Positions 13,815-21,722 of a stretch of 21,722 bases of DNA are shown piece by piece. The notes under the pieces are model-generated. The model made no database searches and had not been told where the DNA came from. It saw nothing but the letters and a program-made list of their open reading frames with translations. How positions within the stretch are numbered: position 1 is the first letter of the stretch; each line of letters begins with the position of its first letter. Made by a program: the position numbers and the translations under genes. This DNA comes from Octopus sinensis (taxonomy: Eukaryota): assembly GCF_006345805.1 (NCBI RefSeq), contig NW_021836502.1, forward strand, positions 1-21,722, given 5' to 3'.

Positions 13815-14145
13815 TATATCCCCTGTGTACAGGTATTGTTTGGTCTTCCATGTATCTGAACTACATTGAACTCTTCGCATAGATCTCTCAGTGACACATT
13901 CTTGAATTCTGAACCATTATCCGATTGCAAAATTTTGCAAGGTCTAAATAGGTAGAAAAGTGATCTCAGGTTGCTGCATACTTCTTTTGAAGATTTATGA
14001 AAAAGTGGTCTAACAAATGCAAATCTGAATAAATTGTTGAGAGACCTACTACCAACCTACTATAAACATCGATGACTGTTAAAATCCATTTGTAATTATT
14101 ATTTACGACTGAAAACTTTTTTAGATATACAAGATCTAGCTGAAA
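13815..14145 (-). pseudogene. DDE/rve integrase core, copy 2 (Ginger/TDD- or SCAND3/KRBA2-like); one 32-nt intron; truncated by insertion
   Basis: Removing the GT-AG intron at 14025-14056 gives FQLDLVYLKKFSVVNNNYKWILTVIDVYSR^FAFVRPLFHKSSKEVCSNLRSLFYLFRPCKILQSDNGSEFKNVSLRDLCEEFNVVQIHGRPNNTCTQG, which contains the canonical rve motifs. Confidence 0.85.
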
Positions 14146-14454
14146 TGTTTGGTTAAAGCGCTCAATTGCACCCTAATTTATTTCAAATTAATAAACTTGT
14201 GACTGGGGATTGTTTGGTCTTCCATAAATATGTTTGATTTTATTTTCTTGCATAGTTGATCCATCAGTTGATTTTTGAATTCCAATCCGTTGTCCGTTTG
14301 TAAAATTTAACAATATCCTATTTGACAAAAAATTTTTCAAATTTATTTCCAACTTCTAGAAGTAAATGTTAAGTTTTCCGAAAGGCAGATTTATTTTTAT
14401 GAATTTGCAGACCATGAATTTGCTGTAGATGTCAATAATTGTTAATATCCAATT

Positions 14455-14616
14455 ATTATTATAGCACTTTCACGAAAGCCATAATGTTTATAGGCCCGCA
14501 TGTGCAACACTCAATGTAACGATATTTAAGGTTAGTTTTTTCCATTTTCCTCTGTCGTATGCGAGTGATCTCAATTCGTCCAGGTCGTCCCCCGTCTTTA
14601 GGTTTTTCCTAAAGAC
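14455..14616 (-). mobile_element. 5'-truncated RTE-like LINE 3' fragment inserted in integrase copy 1
   Basis: It encodes ...DLDELRSLAYDRGKWKKL...*, matching the A-x-D-R-x-x-W C-terminal motif of RTE-type ORF2. A short UTR and a (TAA)n-like tail follow. It separates the integrase motifs DFN and (N)WIL. Confidence 0.55.
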
Positions 14617-14617
14617 G
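14593..14617. repeat. Perfect 10-bp inverted repeat with 5-nt loop
   Basis: cgtctttagg-ttttt-cctaaagacg. Confidence 0.9.
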
Positions 14618-15375
14618 TTAAAATCTTCGTATCTTCGAACATCAATAAGATCCGCTTGGAATCTTTCATTTAGACTTTTGCCGTTACATGGTAACTAGAA
14701 TCGGATACCTAAGTATATTTAATCAAAAATACTTTTAACAGCCCAGCAAATTTACAAATTTCGAAGTTTTTTATAATTTGTTCGATAATAGGGCGTTTCA
14801 CAGTAAAATAAAATTCACAGCACTTCGTATGAACTTTAGTATTCCCCAGTGGCATTCTTGGTGAATAGCAAATGCCAGTGTCTTCATCTCCATTTTCTAA
14901 ATTCAATTTCAAACCTAGTTTTTGTGGTTTTAATGACTTTTGGAAAACTAAGATACACACCTAACATCATTATGTTCTTGCCATCGGACGTCTGCCTCTT
15001 CGATGCGGTTGTCCATCCTGCTCTAGAAATAATATTGTTATTTTGTTTTGGTCCAGATGGAGCACACATCGACATATTAGCACGTTGCATTTTGTTGTTT
15101 ATATTTTGTGACATGGGCGGCTGGATACGCATGGGCAACCGGTTACATTTTACCTTGAACAAATCATACTATTTTAATCATTGAATGAGTTGAAAGAATA
15201 ATGCATTTTAACAAAAAATATTAAAATTAATCATTTTTTAGTCTTGCCATTGGTACCGTCCATATCTCTCCTTTAGCATATTTTATCTATTAAATAAAAA
15301 TGATTGATTTACCTCAATTTTTTAATGATGATTGATTATTAAAAAATTAATGATAAAAAGTGTTAATAAATATTT

Positions 15376-15815
15376 AATTAGCAGCAGAGGATAAGATGGA
15401 ATGGCAATTCCACGCAAGATGGCTATTGATATGCGTTGGAAAAGCCATGATCGTTCCCGATGATCATTTCTCCTTCTGCTTGCCAGGTCCCCCAGTTTAA
15501 TAAGGAATTTTTTAGTTCTGGGACCGAGGACTCCCGACGTCTCCACTGCGATCGGGGCAAAGATATGGCGGTGAGATAATGCACTGTATTTCTTGATTTT
15601 TATCATTTCTGCCTGGTTAGCTGCGGAGCCTGGCATTGCGCCTGATGTAAAGATGTTTCCGGCGGAGAAGGTGTCCGTGCAAGTTGCGTCCCAGATGAGC
15701 GACTTGCCATTTTCGAAGGGGAAAGTCGTTAGGTCGTCAGGACGATTACCATCCTCCCGAATCAGGCCGACCGGTTCCAACTGTGATGGGAATCAGGCAG
15801 TTTCAAGAGTCCTCA
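15376..15815 (-). mobile_element. CRE-clade non-LTR retrotransposon C-terminal restriction-like endonuclease domain (decayed)
   Basis: EPVGLIREDGNRPDDLT...WDATCTDT...AANQAEMIKIKKY...PIAVETSGVLG...RERSWLFQRISIAILRG matches the CRE RLE pattern EPxGL-RPD-WDAT-K(x)KY-ETxG-FQRLSxAIQRGN. Confidence 0.85.
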
Positions 15816-15869
15816 AAGGGGTTTGCCTCAATTATTTGATAAAATGTTAATTATTTCAGCGGCCGGATA

Positions 15870-15998
15870 GAATGAGATCAACTGGAAAGCCACCGGGTCT
15901 CACGTGTGTCGTGGTTTTTAATGTGGCTAAGCGTCCAAGTTTCTTTAGGAAGTGAAGCGATTTCCTGCTTATTCCTCCAGTTGTCTCGACCACAATCT
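15870..15998 (-). mobile_element. Second, divergent CRE RLE C-terminal fragment
   Basis: Manual translation gives IVVETTGGISRKSLHFLKKLGRLA...(fs)HDTRETRWL, which parallels the 15.4-15.6 kb copy. Confidence 0.6.
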
Positions 15999-16007
15999 GC
16001 TTAATTT

Positions 16008-16126
16008 ACTGAATTCACTTAATTTATTGTTAGTCCCACTTAGTTTTCTGCTAGACCCACTTAGTTTGATTGATTCCACTTGATTTTCTATTGATTCCAA
16101 TTAGTTTGATGTTAACCCTATTTAGT
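16008..16126. repeat. Degenerate ~20-21 bp minisatellite (~6 units)
   Basis: A ccactta/ccacttg/ccaatta core recurs at about 16016, 16036, 16057, 16076, 16097 and 16117. Confidence 0.7.
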
Positions 16127-16394
16127 ATGGGGGTTAAACTTATTTTGTTAAGTCAGTGGCTGCGGATAACTATATGGAGATTCGTATTTTTACGACAATG
16201 AATACAAATAAGAAGTTGAGAATAACAAGCCGGACACGAAATGAGATAAATCGTTTTAAAGAAAATTGAGGTAGAAAAGCGCCATACGTACGACATGCTT
16301 GCTAGTGAACTGAGAATAATCCACAATGCAAAGGTAATTACAGTATCATGGTATGTATGAATATGAAACGGTTTTTTGAGAAAATTCTATAAAC

Positions 16395-17470
16395 TGCGAT
16401 CTAGGGCTCGCTTGACAATTTTGTTGATCGCCTTGTATCTTGGGAATCGTCCTGCATTTCTAAAAGAGAGGGCATAGCAATCGACGGTGGCGCCACACCG
16501 GCATTTGTGAGTCCGGCAAATCTCCAGTCCAAGTCTGGTACTGATGCCGATGCAGACAGTATCGTCATCAAAATGGGTTCCGACACTACCAACGGGAATG
16601 CGTTGATCCAAACTCCATTCGATTCGCATCTTTCAGTCATTAGACAGGCACGTCTGTGTTGGTTTGATTGGTTCAGAAGCCTCCGATATTTATCCACGCA
16701 GATGGTCCTGTAACAATCTTTCTGTTCAGGCATCATCCCTCGCGAATGCTCCATGTCTGTGATTTCAGATGATTCTGCTTGAAGTTGAAAAATCATACTG
16801 ATCAGCAGTCGACTGGAATCAAAAGAGAATAGATATGCGGGGCAAGCTAGATCTTTCGGTGAAGGGATTCCCAGTCCGCCCAGATTAACGGGTAAGGTCG
16901 CTTGGTCCCACCCTTGGACGTCAAATTTCACATTAGTGATACGTTCAATGGTGGTCCGGAAAGACTGTTCCATTTTCAGGTAGGAGGGTGCACCCCGAAG
17001 AACGTAATTCAGTTTCTGTGCTGACAAGGCGTTTCTTAGCAGGAATAGAGAGGTATGTGCGTTCAGCATTTTCAGACGTCTGAATGTGGTTTTTAGTTGA
17101 TGTTCTATTGTTATTAGAGTGTTACTGATTTCAGCATCAGTGTTACTGATTTCGGCTTTAGGAATGATCTCCCTGAATGTATCAAGAATCAAATCCCATT
17201 CAGGCTACGAAAATCCAAAATTGATAACTTCACACTTATTAGTTTTAGGGTTAGGCATAGGGATTTCATTTGGGCTATCAGACTTTTTAGGCAGTCTAGT
17301 ACATCCTTCGGATGGCCGCCCATTGTGCAATCATCGAAATACCATACCCTCAGGGAAGTGGAGCAATTCCCAGGCTGAACAAGGCAGGCCCAAGTGGGTC
17401 TCTTTGTTGGACTCCAAAAGACGATGGGATGTGATATTGGCCGTGTATCAGACTGGACAATCACAAGGGG
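16395..17470 (-). mobile_element. CRE-clade LINE reverse transcriptase to zinc-knuckle region (pseudogenised)
   Basis: Motifs across frames: GVQQRDPLGPALFSLGI, WYFDDCTMGG, NKCEV, LLRNALSAQKLNYVLR, QATLPVNLGGLGI and HKCRCGATVD...GRFPRYKAINKIVKRAL. Multiple frameshifts and stops; a 21-bp internal tandem duplication at ~17118-17159. Confidence 0.85.
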
Positions 17471-17488
17471 GCGGATTCACTAAAATAT

Positions 17489-17896
17489 CAGGTCGAATGG
17501 TTGCACACACGTTGAGAAATCGAAAATTGATCTTAAAAGTAGGTTAAAATCTTGTGACTAAGATTACGAATACTCAATTAGAGATGGTATGCAGGCTTCT
17601 AGGAGTTTATGCAAATTGATGTAGTCGACAAAAACGAAAGACGTATTCTCTGTAATAAATCAGGTCGATTGGTTGTGCATACGTCGAGAACTCGAATATC
17701 GATTTTCGCAGTAGGTCTCAAATCTTGACGAAGATTATGAATACTCAAAAAGAGATATTGTGCAAATTATCGAAGGGTTCGAACAAGTTAATGTACTCGA
17801 AAATCAGAAGGGTCTGATTTCCTAATAAAATTGGGTTGATTGGTAACACAGACATTGAGAACTCGACTATTGATATTAACAGTAGGATTCAAACCT
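17489..17896 (+). repeat. Degenerate ~171-172 bp tandem repeat (~2.4 units) of unknown origin
   Basis: Units start at 17489 (caggtcgaatggttg), 17661 (caggtcgattggttg) and 17832 (tgggttgattggtaa). They share gagaa[a/c]tcga, agtagg and gatta[c/t]gaatactcaa blocks. Confidence 0.75.
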
Positions 17897-18040
17897 GGAA
17901 GTGATTCCCACTTCGATGAGAATAATTTCATTCTTAATTTTGTCGTATACAAATATGTCAGGCTTGTTGCACTGAATATTCGTGTCTGTAATTATTTTAC
18001 AATCGACTTGTATTTCGACACTTTGTGTGGATATGATTGA
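17897..18040 (-). mobile_element. R2/R4(Dong)-type RLE domain fragment of a non-LTR retrotransposon
   Basis: EIQVDCKIITDTNIQCNKPDIFVYDKIKNEIILIEVGITS contains the PD-(D/E)xK-type N[K/R]PDI...IEVGIT motif. Confidence 0.7.
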
Positions 18041-18189
18041 TTGGATAGAATAACACTTCAATTTTGTGACTTTACTTCTTACTATTAAAACAATGTTTCT
18101 ATTTTTATCATATAAAAATTATATATTTAGTTTTCGACTAAAATAACTATTAATTTATATTAAATTTAAATATTTTTGTGGTGCATATA

Positions 18190-19260
18190 ATGAGTGAAAA
18201 AGATGTTTGCAATTTTGCTGCAAGAAAGTTCAATCGGAAGAATAATCGAAGAGTCTCTACTAAATCAAGTTCTAGTGGTAAGATTATTTTTTGTAACGAG
18301 AAAGATGGAGATTCAACTGCAACTTGTAAAACCAAAAAAATTCGGCTTGTAGAGAACGATCTCATCCAAAGTGTAAAGAAGTTGTAAATAATTATTAGAG
18401 CAATCACAAAACAGTAATAAGTACACACGACTATGACCGATCAAAGGAAGGAAATTATTTTCATATAAAGCAAAGGACGAACTAGTAAACAATGGTGATG
18501 ACGGAATACGGGAATTTTCCAGGATACTCAATTTGACAGAGATGCTATGGCAATCTACCAAAGGTCTATGCTTATAAACGACGTATGACTCTTATCGATA
18601 CTTCCTAGAACACAGAGAATATGAATGACGGTGTGTACCGTGGATTGAACAATTATCAACACTTTTATAAGAAAACTAACGAACTTTCAGGAAATGCTGC
18701 CAGCAATCATGTCCGTAAAGGACCAATGAGGGCCCCTACAAACATTCGTTCTATAGTTCGATGGGACTACCATCCTGATTTGTGTAAAGATTATAAAGAA
18801 ACTGGATTTTGTGGATTTGGAGGTTCAGAAACTATTTTAAATGCCAGACAGCTGTAAGTTTCTCCATGATCGTACTGACTATAAGGCTGGATGGATGATA
18901 GATAAAGAATTGGAAGAAGGAAAATTTGGTGAAACTGACCCTTCAGTCTATGAGATCGAGAGTGAGTGAAGAAGATTTGGGAGATATTTGTAGTATTTGT
19001 CAGAGAGAATTTATCCAGCCAGTATTGACTAAGCAAGTTTTCGGAGTTATTTTGTAGATGTGGACACTATTTTTGTCAAGAGTGTGTTCTTAAGAGGGCA
19101 AAAAAAACTCGCAGGTGTTTTGTGTGTAACAAAGATACAGAAGGCATATTTAATTCTGCTAGGGGTTGGTTAGCCTTACTTATTATTAGAACTTATTAAA
19201 CGAATGCAGCAGAAGAAAATTAATGATAATAGTACCGAGTCGGATATTCAGCCCGAATGA
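18190..19260 (+). CDS. CWC24: Pre-mRNA splicing factor Cwc24 / RNF113 (CCCH zinc finger + RING), ~283 aa, multi-exon
   Basis: The spliced product contains [84 protein letters not shown] and [24 protein letters not shown]...[21 protein letters not shown]. Introns: 18278-18304 (tentative), 18373-18398, 18421-18446 (tentative), 18485-18522, 18583-18608, 18823-18847, 19033-19057 (GC-AG) and 19165-19189. One extra base at ~18966 must be removed. Exons then sum to 852 nt, ending at TGA 19258-19260. Confidence 0.92.
19033..19057 (+). other. 25-nt GC-AG spliceosomal intron in the CWC24 RING region
   Basis: AA|gcaagttttcggagttattttgtag|A restores T-K-C-G-H-Y-F-C. No GT donor nearby gives the conserved TKCxH motif. 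Confidence 0.8.
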
Positions 19261-19399
19261 CTTTTAATTTTTCTACATTTATTCAGTTTTGAATTGAATT
19301 GTTTGTATTGTTCAAGAAAAATCCAAAGAACAAGGAAAAATCATGAGCGGGAGATAAAAAAAAAGGCAGCGAAATGTCTCTTTCCATGCTAACCCCAAT

Positions 19400-20640
19400 A
19401 ATAATTACTCAACACAATCAACACCATACGGATGATGGGCACATAGGATTCTTGCAAGTCTTCTATCGTCAAATTGTAAGTCAGTTTCAATGCGACACGT
19501 CTTTTTCAACTGTTCGATAAAGCGAAACAGTCCTCGTAGCCATATGTGAGGACTAGTTGTACACACGTTCTGTCCACGTAGATGTACGTTTCCAGATCAA
19601 GATTGAACATACTTAAGGTTTTAAAAATCTTCACACTCCTCTTCCCCTGATTTGCTACGTGGTCGGCCTTCGACCCACGACAGTTGACAATTACTCCAAG
19701 GTACTGTGTAATTCAAGCTCTTGACAATTACTCCATTGCGCACGACATCGCACAACGATTCCCACTTGGTATTATGAAGTGGTGCTCTTCTCAGGTGTTA
19801 GGGTCAAGCCCTTTTTTACTGTCTATTTTTTTAGCATGGCAATGATGACTTAGGTCGTCTCCAATACTGGTAAATCCTTTTTGAGGTGTCCTTGACCAAG
19901 ATGTCATTAGCATATATGATAAGTTTGCCTGTACGTAAGGGCGACAGGGAAATGTCTGTCAAAACGAGTTTGAAAAGAAGTGGGTTCAAGACCAATCGCT
20001 GCGGGACTCCCCTTCTACGTTCTACACACCCTGATAGGCATTCCCACAACGAACGAAAGATTTCCTTCCAGACAAATAGTTCTCAAGCCATTGATAGATC
20101 TTCATGCAGACTCCGGTTTCATGAACTCTCGCAAATAACCAAGGTGCGGTGCGTTATCGAAAGATTTTACGAGGTCCAGACACACCACAGTTTCCCAGGC
20201 ATTGTTTCTGTAAGAACGGGATAGTTGGTGCTCTAACTTCTTGAAATAGTCCCCTATGCATCTCCTTTTACGAAATTACTATTGTACAAGTGAGAGCAAA
20301 TTTTCGAATTCCACATAACAAGAAAGTTTGATTGTTTTAGAGAAAGCATAGCTGAGGCTAATTGCCGATAGTTCGCTGCTAGCAGTGTTAATTTATCCAG
20401 TTTTTGTATTATTCGAACGATCCTATGTCTCCACGCTACTGGAAACGTGTCCAAGCGTCCAGCTAACGTCAAAAGTCACAGTTAGTGCTCGTGTCAGAAG
20501 TTCTGAGGTCTTCTTTAACAATATCTGAGGCATTTAGTCAAAGCCACGTGCCTTGTTCTTCAATCCAGCAATTGCCTTTTTGACCTCCTCCTGTGTTATT
20601 GTCCCCACATAATGGTCACTTTTACCTCAATCTTGGCCAT
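19400..20640 (-). mobile_element. Jockey/I-group-like LINE reverse transcriptase, decayed
   Basis: Motifs across frames: ITQEEVKKAIAGLKNKARGFD, FPVAWR, NYRQLAS, CLDLVKSFDNAPH, GVPQRLVLNPLLF, YANDI and YLGVIV. Many stops and frameshifts. Confidence 0.8.
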
Positions 20641-21216
20641 TTTTGCAATAATAGATTTGATCTTGTTAATCTTTTTCCGCCAAGAGCATGAAACTGTCTA
20701 TCTTGGAGCCCCATCGGAACGGACGATCATGACAGGGTGTTTGTCGCCTTGGCAGCTAAATATTCGGTGTTTAACTTACCGGAATTTTAATTATTTTATC
20801 ATGTTTTCAGTATCCATCATTTTTCAGAGTAATTCTGCAATAAAATTGAAGCAATCACATCAAGACCTCTAACCCTGAAATATCGTCGTCTCAGTCCGAT
20901 CATTGTTGGCATGCTCGAACTTTTTAGAAAGATCTACTTCGCTTGCATGAATTTTTTGATCTGTTAATATGAATTTTTGTATAATTTTGACTGTTAAAAC
21001 TGTACTTTTATTTGCCTGTATAGCATTTCTTTCCAGTTGAATGGAAATGACAATCATATTTATTATTTTTACTAATCATTAAACAATTTATTTGTTGTTT
21101 AATCAACCAATTAATCATTTTTGTCTAAAATATGGTGTTGAATAAAATTTACAATATATTTTTTTCGACGAATTGAATTCCATTCACTTAAAAAACAAAG
21201 AGATAGAAGAAAAGCG

Positions 21217-21312
21217 TTAAGTCCCAGCGGCAAAGACGCAGTGTGCGTTGCCGCGAACAATGGCCAGACCGATGCGCTGGCGGAACCAGAGGCCCTCTCT
21301 CGGGTCCAACTT
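21217..21312 (-). mobile_element. Short 5'-truncated CRE-like 3' end
   Basis: A GC-rich island in AT-rich DNA encoding DPREGLWFRQRIGLAIVRGNAHCVFAAGT*, the terminal CRE RLE motif. Confidence 0.7.
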
Positions 21313-21529
21313 GAATAGAAAAATAAAATAATTTTGAAAATTATTTTTTAATAATTTTAAGATTAGTAACATTAACATATTAGTAAAGGTGAAAATTTCC
21401 AAATGCATTTCTTACAATAAATAAAAAACAGAACTATAATATTTTTAAATATACAACCAGAATTGCAATATATGCTCCAAGAAAACCTAAAATATAGCTT
21501 TTATATTTGATCGTTAGTTTTTTAAAAGT

Positions 21530-21722
21530 AGTTAGACATCCTTGATGATAATAATTTGTTATCTGAGCATGAATCTAGTAAATTAAATTTGATGTCTTGC
21601 ATACCCGAACTCCATTTCCGCAATTAAGATTTGACTTATTGTTAGTGCAGCAAGAAAAAGGAACTCCACCGCGCTCTTTAGCTAAATTATTAGATGACTG
21701 ATTAAAATAGATGTTTTGATCC
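21530..21722 (+). mobile_element. Possible Penelope-like RT fragment
   Basis: Degenerate motifs LIVS...GTPPRSLAKLLDD*LK resemble the PLE motif RPIVS-xx-GSPTxxLAKxL. Frameshifted and cut by the window edge. Confidence 0.35.

Larger units (their letters stand above)
14146..14890 (-). pseudogene. HHCC zinc-binding + rve integrase, copy 1; 24-nt introns; frameshifts and an internal insertion
   Basis: Segments read IHQECHWGNTKVHTKCCEFYFTVKRPIIEQIIKNFEIC, then NERFQADLID, NWILTIIDIYSKF, ILQTDNGLEFKN and YGRPNNPQSQ^GAIERFNQT. GT-AG introns lie at 14709-14732 and 14173-14196 (24 nt each). A third 24-nt excess at 14356-14379 ends in AG but has a GG donor. There are several 1-bp deletions in A runs. 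Confidence 0.8.

Noticed and set aside
13565-13930. 121-aa ORF as an intact gene
   Set aside because: It is a chimera: integrase motifs up to QG, then read-through into the microsatellite and 94-bp repeat.
17240-17262. TTAGGG-like stretch (ttttagggttaggcataggg)
   Set aside because: It lies within the CRE RT coding region on the opposite strand and has only one or two units.
18962-18993. Candidate intron GTGAGT...TAG to explain the CWC24 frameshift
   Set aside because: Splicing it would delete the first RING cysteine and leave the wrong frame.
19684-19735. 15-bp direct repeat ttgacaattactcca (37-bp period) as a possible TSD or promoter -35 box
   Set aside because: It is a small local duplication inside a decayed LINE RT. 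A bacterial promoter reading is irrelevant here.
14849-20872. Plus-strand ORFs at 14849, 15593, 16507, 17119, 17840, 19886 and 20612
   Set aside because: They are antisense shadows of the minus-strand TE coding remnants (or run through the 171-bp repeat) and carry no independent motifs.
20869-21057. 62-aa minus-strand ORF as the first exon of a host gene
   Set aside because: No recognisable motif, and the trial splice (~39 nt) led to an immediate stop.
21210-21315. GC-rich island as a possible ncRNA/tRNA
   Set aside because: No cloverleaf. It is explained by the CRE C-terminal peptide on the minus strand.

Overview
AT-rich eukaryotic genomic DNA, not prokaryotic. Positions 1-13559 are one complex satellite array of about 160 monomers (70-100 bp). 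Each monomer has a constant core and one of about 8-10 related ~25-30 bp cassettes, with 12-bp sub-repeats and higher-order structure. The core is densely packed with 10-bp motifs matching the C/EBP / PAR-bZIP consensus. The array ends abruptly against what looks like the 5' block of a non-autonomous Helitron-like element, which itself interrupts a DDE (rve) integrase. Positions 13.8-21.7 kb are a nest of decayed transposons, almost all on the minus strand: two integrase cores carrying 24-32 nt spliceosomal introns, an RTE-like 3' fragment, several CRE-clade LINE pieces, an R2/R4-type RLE fragment, a Jockey/I-like RT and a possible Penelope RT. One host gene is embedded here: the spliceosomal factor CWC24/RNF113 (18190-19260, +), split by up to eight 25-38 nt introns, one of them GC-AG. 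The miniature introns point to a compact-intron parasite lineage (e.g. dicyemid/orthonectid, myxozoan or ascetosporean), but the taxon cannot be fixed from this window. Scattered 1-bp indels suggest long-read consensus errors, so single frameshifts should be treated with caution. All translations and counts were done by eye.
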